Origin: a virus
Taxonomy: Duplodnaviria > Caudoviricetes
IMG/VR virus record: IMGVR_UViG_3300036719_001675
Span: 1-53,703 of that record
Length of the DNA stretch: 53,703 nucleotides
Strand: one strand, 5' to 3'
Numbering within the stretch: position 1 is the first letter of the stretch; every line of letters starts with the position of its first letter. Positions 1 through 9,428 of the stretch are shown here, in pieces. The position numbers and the translations under genes are program-made. The notes beneath the pieces are model-generated. The model had not been told where the DNA came from and did no database searches. It saw only the letters and a program-made list of their open reading frames with translations.

Positions 1-266
1 CTCAACGATTAAGGCTTGATGAAGTTGACGAAATGGACTTGGAATTATTTGAAGCGGCACAAGGTCAACCAATGGACTCACGGGGACTCTTGGCACAGAC
101 AGTTGTTTCAAGTACGCACCAATACCCTGACGGAACTATGACCGAACTATTGCGTAGAGGCAATGATAAAGGTTGGGGTCTTTTTGAATGGTGCTGGCGT
201 GAGTCAGTAGGAACAGCAGAAAACCCTGGTTGGCTCACAATGGAAAATGTTGAGCGTAAAAAAATG
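1..266. repeat. Terminal direct repeat, copy 1 (circular assembly overlap)
   Basis: 1-266 matches 53438-53703 except at 4 positions (128, 179, 222, 230); lies inside terL. Confidence 0.95.
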
Positions 267-944
267 GAAGTATCCCACCGAATGTGGGAAGTGGAATACG
301 ACCTACAAGAACCCTCCTTTGATGGTCGTGCAATTGAAACTGAATTTGTTGAAGCAATGTTTGATCCTGAACTAGGAGTATTCGTTGGCGATCTTAATGA
401 ATACATTGAAATTGAAGAACCTCAAGAAGGTGCTACTTATATCACTGGCGTTGACTGGGCGAAAGAAAAGGACTACACGATTATTCGCACATTCCGAACA
501 GACCTCGCACCTTGGGTTGAAGTTTCGTTCTTGCGTACTGGCAGAAAGCCTTGGCAAGAAATGGTTGGAGACTTGAATGACCGTTTGGCTAGGTATGGCG
601 GTCTATGTGTACATGACGCTACGGGCATTGGTAATGTCGTTGATGACCTCATTGCATATGACAAGAAAAAGGTCAAGCCCGTTGTTCTTCGTGGTCGTGA
701 ACGAGAGTCAGTTTTTATGGAATACATTTCAGGAATTGAACAGTACGGGATCAGATCACCACGAATTCAATTCCCATATGGTGAGCACAAGTATGTGACA
801 CAGAAAGACCTATTCGGTACTGGTCACCCTCCCGATACATTCATTGCTGGCGCTTTGGCTTGGTCAATGCGTAAGCGTACACATAAGTTGAACATCAGAC
901 CAGTTAGTGTTACTCGCACAGATAGTCCTTGGAAGGGTATTTAA
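1..944 (+). CDS. terL: Terminase large subunit, C-terminal part (continues from 52999 across the junction; about 460 aa in total)
   Basis: Walker B LRLDE at the junction; RNase H-like nuclease motifs ITGVDWA, VHDATGIG, HPPDTFIA. Confidence 0.9.
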   Translation, partial: QRLRLDEVDEMDLELFEAAQGQPMDSRGLLAQTVVSSTHQYPDGTMTELLRRGNDKGWGLFEWCWRESVGTAENPGWLTMENVERKKMEVSHRMWEVEYDLQEPSFDGRAIETEFVEAMFDPELGVFVGDLNEYIEIEEPQEGATYITGVDWAKEKDYTIIRTFRTDLAPWVEVSFLRTGRKPWQEMVGDLNDRLARYGGLCVHDATGIGNVVDDLIAYDKKKVKPVVLRGRERESVFMEYISGIEQYGIRSPRIQFPYGEHKYVTQKDLFGTGHPPDTFIAGALAWSMRKRTHKLNIRPVSVTRTDSPWKGI

Positions 945-1897
945 TGACACCGCTATGGAATCCAATTAGGCAAGGCGTACCGATCAGCATAAGAGCGTCA
1001 CGAAGTAAGCCAGTTGTATCAGATTGGCAAACTGCCGTTGTACTCCCCGATATGCAGATTGGATATTTCCGAAATAAGCATGGGCAACTAGAACCTATCC
1101 ATGATGAAACGGCAATGAGGATTGCGCTTCAAATAATCATTGACGCTAGACCGAAACAGATCGTTCTTCTTGGAGACAATTTAGACCTACCTGACTTTTC
1201 AACTAAGTACAGAAAAACGCCTGCATTTCAGCAGACGACACAAGAGGCAATTGACCGAGCCACTACATATTGTGCCGAACTACGGGCAAATGCCCCTCAC
1301 GCACACATCATATGGATTGGCGGTAATCACGAAGAGCGATTACAAAACTACATCGTAGATAATGCAATGTCTGCTTTTGGAATCAAGCGTGGCAACTCAG
1401 CGGTTGATGACTTCCCCGTAATGTCTGTGCCGTTCTTGTGCCGACTTGATGAATCAAATGTGGATTACTTAGCAGGGTATCCCAGTGGAGTGCATTGGAT
1501 TACGCCACGACTTCATGCCATTCACGGACACTTTGCGGTAAGCGGTGGTTCAACCTCACACAAGTATTTGAACACTGAAAAAACAAGCACTATCTACGGT
1601 CATGTTCATCGTAGAGAATGGGCAGAACGATCAAGGGAAGATTACGATGGAATCAAAACAATTCTGTCTGCTTCTCCTGGTTGCCTAGCCCGTGTTGATG
1701 GTGTAGTGCCAAGTACGAAACAAGGAATTGACTTAGATGGTCGCCCACTCCGACGAATTGAAGATTGGCAACAGGGCATAGCCGTTATTCCATACAGTGA
1801 ATCAACTGGTGAGTTCGTCTATGAACAAGTGGCTATCCACAGTGGTCGTGCCATGTGGCGTGGCAAGTGGTACTCAGGCAACCTGACTTCCTTCTGA
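944..1897 (+). CDS. Calcineurin-like metallophosphoesterase
   Basis: Motifs LPDMQ, LGDNLD, GGNHE, HGH, GHVH; ATG overlaps the terL stop (TAATG). Confidence 0.85.
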   Translation: MTPLWNPIRQGVPISIRASRSKPVVSDWQTAVVLPDMQIGYFRNKHGQLEPIHDETAMRIALQIIIDARPKQIVLLGDNLDLPDFSTKYRKTPAFQQTTQEAIDRATTYCAELRANAPHAHIIWIGGNHEERLQNYIVDNAMSAFGIKRGNSAVDDFPVMSVPFLCRLDESNVDYLAGYPSGVHWITPRLHAIHGHFAVSGGSTSHKYLNTEKTSTIYGHVHRREWAERSREDYDGIKTILSASPGCLARVDGVVPSTKQGIDLDGRPLRRIEDWQQGIAVIPYSESTGEFVYEQVAIHSGRAMWRGKWYSGNLTSF

Positions 1898-1901
1898 CAA
1901 C

Positions 1902-1955
1902 AAAAAAACCCACTAGCGAGCGAGGGGATTACGCTGCTAGTGGGTTTTCTGTTTT
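1902..1955. terminator. Bidirectional intrinsic terminator
   Basis: Stem AAAACCCACTAGC/GCTAGTGGGTTTT flanked by A- and T-tracts between convergent genes. Confidence 0.75.
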
Positions 1956-2030
1956 CCACCAACCCAATTGGGGAAACACGGTCAGGGAGGAAACCGTACC
2001 CTTATGGTATCAGGTAGAAACCTAGTTTTG

Positions 2031-2951
2031 TCAACGGGCTTCGTGGAATATTTCAATTCTTTTTTGAGTGGTCAATTCAGCAGGGTCTTTACCGTCTGTC
2101 CTATCCCATTGACCTCTTTTGATGACGATACCGCTACCCTTCAATGCAGTTCTAATGCTTAAGTCTGCCTGAGCGCCAGCGGTATCTTGATCTGTCATCA
2201 CCACAATAATTCGTGGGTCTAATGCTTTTATGATCTTAGATTGTGCAGTAGACATACGAGCGCCAAAAAGTGCTACAGCAGGTATGCCAACTTCCCACAT
2301 AGACAAAGCGTCAATACTCCCTTCAACAACTGCCAATTTCTTAACCCTGTCGGTCATTCCTAGACACCTAGCCTGCCAACTACCAAAGAGTCTTTGCGAT
2401 ATGGGGAAGCCTGCTGGATATTTGTACTTAGGATTATCAGGGGCAACAGGATTAAGCGTTCTCTGGATATACCCTTCGTATTCGCCATCATTGCCCCATA
2501 TTGGAATCGCTAAGTAGTTATCTAGCGGTGAGTAACCAATCTTGAAAGCATTGAACACTTCAGGATTAGTAATGCCACGCTTTGCCCACTCTTCTTTATG
2601 CCGTACATCGCCTAGTGTGAATCTGACTAGCGTTTGTTGCGATGGTTTCATATCAAGAAGATGTTCGTATTCCCGATCACCAAAGAGTTTCTTGATTCTG
2701 TCTTTGACTTCTTCTGCTTTGACTTCTACTTGCGAATTAATGCCACCAGCAACTTTGAGGTGTAAAGCCAAGTCCTGCGTTCTACCCTTTGCATTGCACG
2801 AATAACACAGGAACACTCCCTTGCGAATATTGAAACTGAACGATGGGGAAGTGTCGTTATGGTATGGGCAAATTGACAACCACTCTTGCCCTGACTTGCT
2901 TCGCACATCTAGATACTTTTCTGCAAACTGCGAATGTGTCATGTGAGCCAT
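2031..2951 (-). CDS. dnaG: DNA primase (CHC2 zinc finger + Toprim)
   Basis: CPYHND..PSF..CYSC zinc finger; VVEGSIDA and DQDTAG Toprim motifs. Confidence 0.92.
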   Translation of the reverse strand: MAHMTHSQFAEKYLDVRSKSGQEWLSICPYHNDTSPSFSFNIRKGVFLCYSCNAKGRTQDLALHLKVAGGINSQVEVKAEEVKDRIKKLFGDREYEHLLDMKPSQQTLVRFTLGDVRHKEEWAKRGITNPEVFNAFKIGYSPLDNYLAIPIWGNDGEYEGYIQRTLNPVAPDNPKYKYPAGFPISQRLFGSWQARCLGMTDRVKKLAVVEGSIDALSMWEVGIPAVALFGARMSTAQSKIIKALDPRIIVVMTDQDTAGAQADLSIRTALKGSGIVIKRGQWDRTDGKDPAELTTQKRIEIFHEAR

Positions 2952-4222
2952 TAGACACCCCTTTCCAATTTGTCTTCATCAATAAGGTCAGCGGCTAGAT
3001 CACCACTAATTTCAGAGAACTTGCCACTGTTGGGCGAAAATTCATTGAACCAAACCTGACCATCTCTTCCGTGTCTGTACTTAGCCAATTTCATCTTGAT
3101 AACACGGGGAGACACTTGCTTCATGGTTACAACACAGTCAGCGTCTTGCCCAATAGCGTCAGCGCCTGATAAGTGTTCTGCACCTGGGAGGTCTTCGCCA
3201 ATTGCAGTTCGGTTAATTTGTGCGGCGGCAACGATAGGTACTTGATACCTCATAGCGATACCTTTCATTTCTGCCGACAATGCACCAAGCGCCTGCCAAT
3301 CACCACTATGACTATTCATAAGAGTCAGGTAGTCAATGAAAACAATGTCAGGCTTATTTCGTTCAATCTGTGCGGCAATAGTTGCAGGAGTAACACGCCC
3401 ACGACTTGTATCGTTCACGATTAGTTTGCCCGTTAAGTTACTTTTCAGTTCTTCAAGAAACTCTTTGTATTTCTTCAAGTCAAAGCCCTTACCGTTAATA
3501 AGGTCTTGAGACTGAAAGGACTTCATGGCATGGTCACTAGACAAGAACGAATGTGCTCTCATTGTGATCTGCGCCCTTGATTGTTCTAGTGCGTCGTATT
3601 GTACCGTGAACCCACGATAGACAGCCGTACAAGCCATTCTAAGCAGAGTCCAAGTCTTTCCCTGACCAAGACGGGCAGCCACAATCCAATAATCTCCTGG
3701 TTGTGGACCGTTGGTAGCCCCATCAAGAGTAGCGAAGCCAGTAGGGATTCCTGATTGACCATGAATTTCTGCCCGTTCATATCGGCGTGATACTTCATCG
3801 TAAACCATATCCCAATCACTCACGACATTTGATTCGTTAGAAACGCCATCGGTATCAGCCTGCAAATGAAGAAAGCGAGACTGAAGGTCAGACATAATTT
3901 CTAGTGGCGGTACATCGTCAGTTACTTTTGTAATTGCAGAGTCAACCAATTGAACGATCTGTCGGCGTAAGTGTTCTTCCCTAAGTTCGTCAAGGCAATA
4001 CTCCACATCATCAGATACAAGGATAGTGAATGTGGGGAACTTACTTTTGAACAAAGCCTTTGAGGGTGTCTTTGCGTGTCGGTTGATGTACTTGCCTATC
4101 CATTCCCATTCATCGGAATGGGCAGTAAACCATGAGGACTTGACCCCTGCAAAAACTGGGGACTTGCTATCCTCTTGCCTTAAAACTGCCGAAATGAATA
4201 ATGCTTCTGTTTTAACTGTCAT
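2951..4222 (-). CDS. dnaB: DnaB-like replicative helicase
   Basis: TGFATLD, Walker A ARLGQGKT, IDYLTLM, AAQINR, IGQDAD, KYRHG. Confidence 0.92.
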   Translation of the reverse strand: MTVKTEALFISAVLRQEDSKSPVFAGVKSSWFTAHSDEWEWIGKYINRHAKTPSKALFKSKFPTFTILVSDDVEYCLDELREEHLRRQIVQLVDSAITKVTDDVPPLEIMSDLQSRFLHLQADTDGVSNESNVVSDWDMVYDEVSRRYERAEIHGQSGIPTGFATLDGATNGPQPGDYWIVAARLGQGKTWTLLRMACTAVYRGFTVQYDALEQSRAQITMRAHSFLSSDHAMKSFQSQDLINGKGFDLKKYKEFLEELKSNLTGKLIVNDTSRGRVTPATIAAQIERNKPDIVFIDYLTLMNSHSGDWQALGALSAEMKGIAMRYQVPIVAAAQINRTAIGEDLPGAEHLSGADAIGQDADCVVTMKQVSPRVIKMKLAKYRHGRDGQVWFNEFSPNSGKFSEISGDLAADLIDEDKLERGV

Positions 4223-4521
4223 TGATTTTCTCCCTTTGATATTTTGATCTTCTTTTTTGTGATGAATTTAACCCTGTCTTCTTCTAGAGATATCCAGCCT
4301 GGTTTTGGTATGAAAAAGTAAAAAACTGTCTTCCCTGAAGGAGACTTTTTAATATCTTTGATAACTGACTTAACCCAAGTGGCACTAGAAAAATGCTTAA
4401 TGAGAACTTCAGTACCTTTTTCTATAGGTTTACCCTTAAGTAGATATTCTTGAATATTCGTATCAGCACTAATACCAGTACCAGTAATAGAGGACTTCTT
4501 GATTACTATTTTTCTTGCCAT
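4219..4521 (-). CDS. Hypothetical basic protein
   Basis: GGAGG SD and TATACT -10 upstream on the minus strand; coupled to the helicase. Confidence 0.7.
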   Translation of the reverse strand: MARKIVIKKSSITGTGISADTNIQEYLLKGKPIEKGTEVLIKHFSSATWVKSVIKDIKKSPSGKTVFYFFIPKPGWISLEEDRVKFITKKKIKISKGENQ

Positions 4522-4604
4522 CTTCTAGCCTCCCAAGGCAGTATAAGGAAAACATACGATAGCCGATCATTGGTGGACTCCCGTGTATTGGGCTAATCAA
4601 TGAA

Positions 4605-4925
4605 CCAAAAAAAGCCCCAAAATACAGGGACTCTGAAAAAGGGCTTCTGACCTGCGGTTTTGTGGCATTTACAAAAGCCCTGCATATGGGCTATTTTTAC
4701 CAAAACAGGGCTGTCTCCCAAAAAGGGCTTCTGACCAGCACTTTTGTCAATGTTACAGTTTTGTTACAATTTGCACTTTACAAAAGCCCTGCTAGATGGC
4801 ACTTTTTGCCTATTTCGTAACAATTCCGTAATAGTCACAAAAGCCCTGCTAGATGGCACTTTTTGGGAGTTTTCAGCACCAATTCGCACCAATAAACGAC
4901 AAAAGCCCTGCATAGGGGCTATCTC
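4605..4925. repeat. Iteron-like repeat cluster, putative replication origin or divergent control region
   Basis: ACAAAAGCCCTGC at 4671, 4780, 4837, 4899; 29-bp ACAAAAGCCCTGCTAGATGGCACTTTTTG exact twice (4780, 4837); AAAAAGGGCTTCTGACC twice (4636, 4720). Confidence 0.65.
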
Positions 4926-4936
4926 TGTGGTAGATT
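4926..4936 (+). promoter_or_regulatory. Putative extended -10 promoter of the early operon
   Basis: TGTGG-TAGATT lies 6 nt before ATG 4943. Confidence 0.45.
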
Positions 4937-4981
4937 GTACTTATGAAGTCAACCAACCCAAACAGAAAAGGAAGTGCTCAA

Positions 4982-5263
4982 ATGAAACACATCGGCGTAG
5001 TACCGCGAGGCAAAGGAAGGGCAATCGCAATGTACGACTTTGAAAAGAAAAAGCCTCTTGTAGGTCAGATCATCAAAATGTACTTACCAGCGACTCATAA
5101 GCAAGCAGAACAAGGCTATAAGTTCACAGCCCAAACTGTGCTCGTTGTTGAAAACGACTTAGGCGAATTGTTGTACCGCAAGCGACTCAGTGGTACATCA
5201 CAAGGCTGGGTCAAAAAAGCAGTTCGCTTTCGCTCCATCTGCCGATGGTCTTCAGTTAAATAA
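4982..5263 (+). CDS. Hypothetical early protein (alternative leaderless start at 4943)
   Basis: AACCAACCCAAACAGAAAAGGAA cassette precedes ATG 4982. Confidence 0.7.
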   Translation: MKHIGVVPRGKGRAIAMYDFEKKKPLVGQIIKMYLPATHKQAEQGYKFTAQTVLVVENDLGELLYRKRLSGTSQGWVKKAVRFRSICRWSSVK

Positions 5264-5271
5264 TCAACTTA

Positions 5272-5339
5272 GGTTCGGGCAGGTTGACTCCTGCCCGAAC
5301 CAACTTACCAACCAACCCAAACAGAAAAGGAAACACAAA
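5272..5339 (+). promoter_or_regulatory. Hairpin + CTTAC + AACCAACCCAAA + SD cassette
   Basis: Perfect 12-bp stem GGTTCGGGCAGG/CCTGCCCGAACC with no U-tract, followed by the start-associated motif. Confidence 0.7.
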
Positions 5340-6341
5340 ATGAATGCTCAAGTAAAGCCCCAACCCAAGTCACGAAAGCAGGAAACCAAAATGCCGACTC
5401 CAAAGTCAACTAAGTCCAAACCAACCCAAGTAGAAAAGGAAACCGAAATGGCGACTCAAGCCAAAACCAACTTAGAACCAAAAGAAGAAAAATTTGAAGT
5501 CCACCCATCACTCAAGAAGTTTGTTCAAGACCCCGAAATCTTCTTGGCAAGTTATGTTGGGCGCTCAATTGCAGGCGTTGAAGATATGCAAATTCTGGCA
5601 GTTGCCCATGAACTCAAGCACAATGTAATCCTTAGCGGTCCAACTGGTTCTGCTAAGACGACTTTGGTTTACGCTTATGGCGCTAAGGTCGGACTCCCCG
5701 TTATCAACATCAACTGTAACGGCGCTATTGATCCCCGTGCTCTGTTCGGTGGCTGGGTCCCTGATTCCAATGGTGGCTATAAGTTCGTTGCTGGTGACCT
5801 CGCTATGGCAGTAATGCACGGTGGCATTATCTTGATTAACGAATGTAACTTTGCACCTGCCAAAATCCTCGCAGCGCTTTACGGCTTGCTTGATCGTCGT
5901 CGTGACTTGACTCTTTCGGAAGCGGCAGGTTCGGACTTCCCAACCACAGTTCACGCTCACCCTAAGACGATGATTATTGCCGACTACAACCCTGACTACA
6001 TCGGGACTCGCCCACTTAGCGAAGCGTTCTTGAACCGATTCGCAGTTAAGTTACATTGGGATTACTCTCGTACCGTTGAAGATGAACTTATCGCTTGCCC
6101 AACACTTCAAGACATTGCAGATCGTATTCGTGAAATGCACAAGTCGGGCGACCTCAGCGGTAATGTTCCCACAAATGCCATGCTTGAATTCTTAGACTTT
6201 GCAGAATCACCAGTGCTCGGTGTTGACTTTGCAATTGCTAACTTTGTGGCTTCATTCGGCGCTGATGAACAAAAAGCAGTTCAAGAAGTGTTTGCGCTCA
6301 ACTACGACAACTTGTTAAAAGACTTAGGCGTATCGGTCTGA
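5340..6341 (+). CDS. MoxR/CobS-like AAA+ ATPase (alternative in-frame starts at 5391 and 5448)
   Basis: GPTGSAKTT Walker A, ILINE Walker B variant, LSEAFLNRF arginine finger; adjacent vWA gene. Confidence 0.88.
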   Translation: MNAQVKPQPKSRKQETKMPTPKSTKSKPTQVEKETEMATQAKTNLEPKEEKFEVHPSLKKFVQDPEIFLASYVGRSIAGVEDMQILAVAHELKHNVILSGPTGSAKTTLVYAYGAKVGLPVININCNGAIDPRALFGGWVPDSNGGYKFVAGDLAMAVMHGGIILINECNFAPAKILAALYGLLDRRRDLTLSEAAGSDFPTTVHAHPKTMIIADYNPDYIGTRPLSEAFLNRFAVKLHWDYSRTVEDELIACPTLQDIADRIREMHKSGDLSGNVPTNAMLEFLDFAESPVLGVDFAIANFVASFGADEQKAVQEVFALNYDNLLKDLGVSV

Positions 6342-6352
6342 AATATCCAAAC

Positions 6353-6418
6353 GGTTGGGCAGGGACTCCTGCCCAACCAAACAACTTACAAACCAACCCA
6401 AAGAAAAGGAACACTCAA
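6353..6418 (+). promoter_or_regulatory. Hairpin + CTTAC + AACCAACCCAAA + SD cassette
   Basis: Stem GGTTGGGCAGG/CCTGCCCAACC, nearly identical to the 5272 hairpin. Confidence 0.7.
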
Positions 6419-8764
6419 ATGAATATGCGATTAGGTAACCAAAGAAAAATGAAAGAACCAAGAACACCCAACAGACTTAAAGAGTTGAATGGAAAACAAC
6501 TTGTAGAAAACATGGAAGCAGAAAACTGGCGAATAGCGTTCTCTTCTTTCATTCATAAAGTTGTCAGCATTGTTGGCAATAAGCACATTCCCGTTCACTG
6601 GGTTAACTCTTCCAACATTGCCGCTACTGACGGTGAAAAAATTATGCTAGGCACTCAGTTCTATAATGAAAACATTGTGCCTTACATCAAAGCCAAGAAT
6701 TTCTCTGATGCTGGTACAGCAGTGGGAACACTTAAAGGATTGGCGCTACACGAACTAGCCCATATCTTTTGGACTCCCCGTACTAATGAACTTAGCGGTG
6801 CTTACAAAGTAGTGAATGAACTCGCAGACGAAACAAGAACCTTAGAAGTTCAAGCACAATTGAACCAATTGCCTAAGCCATTTTCAGTATTTCGTGCGTT
6901 CAACATTTTGGAAGACTCCAGAATTGAATTGCGATTCATTACTAAGTATGCACCTGCAAAGCCTTACTTCATTGCGGCTTGCTCATCAGTTTTCTTTGGC
7001 GCTGGTGGTTTTGTGAAGACTACCGATGTTAATTCTGATGAATATGAACTTAGCGATGTTGCTCCTGATCGCATGACTTGGCTAATGCTTTATGGTCGTA
7101 AGTACATTCCTAAGTCAATTGTTGACACTCTTGAAACTGCATACGAACAGATGATTCAAGAAGCCATTGCAAACGGCAAGACACCTCTTGCTACTGCAAA
7201 TGTCAAGAAGATAATTGACCGATTCATTACTCTTGACTTAAAAAATGAAAGTCAAGCACGACACGCTGTGGCGCTCGCCGTTAGATTGGCACAGCACTTA
7301 ACATCGCTTCAAGATGTACCCGACATTACTCAACCCCCTGAAGATGGTGATGGTGGTCAAGGTGGAGGTCAAGGTGGTGGTCAACCTGATAGTCAAGTTC
7401 CCGAAGATAACTCACACGAAAATACCACTGAAAAGGGTAAGTCAAATAAAAAGGGTGATATATCGGAAGAAGAACTCCAAGAAACACTTGATGAACTTAG
7501 CGAAGATTCAGACGGTTCAGAAGATTCAGAAGATTCAGATGGCTCAAGCGGTTCAGGCGAATCAGGCGAATCAGAAAACCTAGAAGACGCTGATGGTTCT
7601 GATGGCGGTTCTGGTGATGACTCTGATGGTTCTGATGGTTCTGATGATTCTGATAGTGGTAAGTCAGATTCAGATTCAGACTCAGGTTCAGAATCAGAAT
7701 CAGAATCAGGCGGTAACGGTTCAGGCACTTCTAACGAAGACTCAAAAGATGAACCATTTGACATGGGCGCTTTTGAAGACGCTATTGAACAGATGGTTGA
7801 AAAATTAGTTCATGCTCTTGCTGAAGACTTCCAAAGCGACATTAAGTCAATCGCAAGTATCAAAGATCATGGCACTCGCCCGTCACTTATTCCTGATATC
7901 AAGCACAGCGATGTTAGGGTAGTTGACCAAAAAATGAAGATGGGTGCTAGCGCACTCACTAAGGCTATTCAGAAAATTTGGTCAGAAACAGAACCTGAAT
8001 GGGAAGACGGTTACACTCATGGTCGTCTAAACATGAACAACGCAATGAACTCAGCCGCTAATGGCGGAACGAACTTAGCGGTTTTTGATAGTTGGGTTGA
8101 CAATGGTGAAGCGAATGACTTTGAAATTGTTGTGCTCGTTGACCAATCAAGTTCTATGCAGGACCCTTCCACAAGAAATTATTGCCCAACCACTCGTAGG
8201 GAAGTTAGTCGTGGCGCTTCTTTAATGCAGGTTACATCACAGGCGCTATGGCAAATTCGCTCTATGTGTGAAACACTGTCAATTCCACTTACAGTGTTCG
8301 GATACGACGACCAACCACGACTCCTGTTCAATCACGGTAGCAAACTTAGTAAGTCAAATTACATTTCACTCAATAGCAGTGGTGGTACTAATCCTGCTGG
8401 TGCAATCATGTGGGCTTACCAAACAATGAAAGCGTCAAGCGCCTCACACAAGTTGCTATTTACTTTGACCGATGGTTCATGGAATTCTGGTGGAAGACTC
8501 AAGGGTGATAACGCCGCTAACTTAGCAGGTACGCAACTGTCTGGTTTTGAACTCTACAAAGCGCCAATGATTGCAATGAAAGAACAATTCAATGTTCACA
8601 CATTCCTCTGCACCATTGGTAGTTTTGCGAACCTTAACTATAAAGAAGCGTATGACCGACTTAGCGAATTTTACGGTCACACTCACTACATTCCCGTGAA
8701 AGAATTGAACGACTTCCCTAGCGATGTTGCCAAAGTAATTTCTAAATTAAGTCTCAACAAATAA
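6419..8764 (+). CDS. CobT-like protein: HExxH metallopeptidase-like domain, D/S/G-rich linker, C-terminal vWA domain
   Basis: HELAH and FNILEDSRIE; MIDAS DQSSS...GGT...LTDG. Confidence 0.88.
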   Translation: MNMRLGNQRKMKEPRTPNRLKELNGKQLVENMEAENWRIAFSSFIHKVVSIVGNKHIPVHWVNSSNIAATDGEKIMLGTQFYNENIVPYIKAKNFSDAGTAVGTLKGLALHELAHIFWTPRTNELSGAYKVVNELADETRTLEVQAQLNQLPKPFSVFRAFNILEDSRIELRFITKYAPAKPYFIAACSSVFFGAGGFVKTTDVNSDEYELSDVAPDRMTWLMLYGRKYIPKSIVDTLETAYEQMIQEAIANGKTPLATANVKKIIDRFITLDLKNESQARHAVALAVRLAQHLTSLQDVPDITQPPEDGDGGQGGGQGGGQPDSQVPEDNSHENTTEKGKSNKKGDISEEELQETLDELSEDSDGSEDSEDSDGSSGSGESGESENLEDADGSDGGSGDDSDGSDGSDDSDSGKSDSDSDSGSESESESGGNGSGTSNEDSKDEPFDMGAFEDAIEQMVEKLVHALAEDFQSDIKSIASIKDHGTRPSLIPDIKHSDVRVVDQKMKMGASALTKAIQKIWSETEPEWEDGYTHGRLNMNNAMNSAANGGTNLAVFDSWVDNGEANDFEIVVLVDQSSSMQDPSTRNYCPTTRREVSRGASLMQVTSQALWQIRSMCETLSIPLTVFGYDDQPRLLFNHGSKLSKSNYISLNSSGGTNPAGAIMWAYQTMKASSASHKLLFTLTDGSWNSGGRLKGDNAANLAGTQLSGFELYKAPMIAMKEQFNVHTFLCTIGSFANLNYKEAYDRLSEFYGHTHYIPVKELNDFPSDVAKVISKLSLNK

Positions 8765-8787
8765 CCCAAGAGAAAAGGAAACAGAAA

Positions 8788-9342
8788 ATGAATAAGCCAA
8801 CCGAAAAAAAGATCAACCCAAAACAGAAAGAGAGTAAGCCCATGACACCCGAAGAAATTGAAGCCCGTGAAGACGCTGAATATGAAGCACTCACTGAAGA
8901 ACAGCGTGTGCTTTATTGCGATGCAAATGAAGAAGGTAAGGATCACGAAGAATGTATGTTTTATGCACTCAACACGCCAATTGACTTTGAAGTAGTTGAC
9001 AGTGATGAACTTACAAAACTTGCCGAAGAAGCACTCGTTGCCGAAGGCTTGGTCAAATTGGCTAAGGCAGTTATTGCTAAAGAACCAGTTGCTCCTAAAG
9101 TCGCTGTTCCTAAGACTGCAAAACTTTTGCCAAGTGAACATGAACAAGGTGCTCTTGTTGTAGTTGACATGACTGATCCGAATACGATCAACGAAGATAT
9201 CGCAGAACTCAATGAAAGCGAAGATGTCAAGAAGGTGGCAGAAAAAGTTTCACGGGTTCGCAAAACTCTTCCGAAGACCAGTGGCAATGCACCTAAGCAG
9301 GTTGCCAAAGTATCAACGGCACGACGAAAGCCAACACGATAG
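8788..9342 (+). CDS. Hypothetical protein (second in-frame start at 8842)
   Basis: Two tandem (C)AACCCAA-SD-ATG cassettes in frame. Confidence 0.75.
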   Translation: MNKPTEKKINPKQKESKPMTPEEIEAREDAEYEALTEEQRVLYCDANEEGKDHEECMFYALNTPIDFEVVDSDELTKLAEEALVAEGLVKLAKAVIAKEPVAPKVAVPKTAKLLPSEHEQGALVVVDMTDPNTINEDIAELNESEDVKKVAEKVSRVRKTLPKTSGNAPKQVAKVSTARRKPTR

Positions 9343-9356
9343 ATAATTAACCACTC

Positions 9357-9428
9357 TGTGCGGTGGGTTGGGAAACTAGCCCACCGCACACTTACCAAAC
9401 AACCAACCCAAAACAAAGGACACTCATC
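9357..9428 (+). promoter_or_regulatory. Hairpin + CTTAC + AACCAACCCAAA + SD cassette
   Basis: Stem TGTGCGGTGGGTTGG-GAAA-CTAGCCCACCGCACA followed by the motif. Confidence 0.7.

Noticed and set aside
1956-2030. tRNA or other RNA gene in intergenic gaps
   Set aside because: No cloverleaf or T-loop signature found by eye here or in other gaps; tRNAscan-SE and Infernal were not run
4605-4925. CRISPR array
   Set aside because: Repeats are irregularly spaced, mixed in orientation and lack uniform spacers; no cas operon
7393-7764. Ser-rich minus-strand ORF
   Set aside because: Antisense shadow of the low-complexity vWA linker
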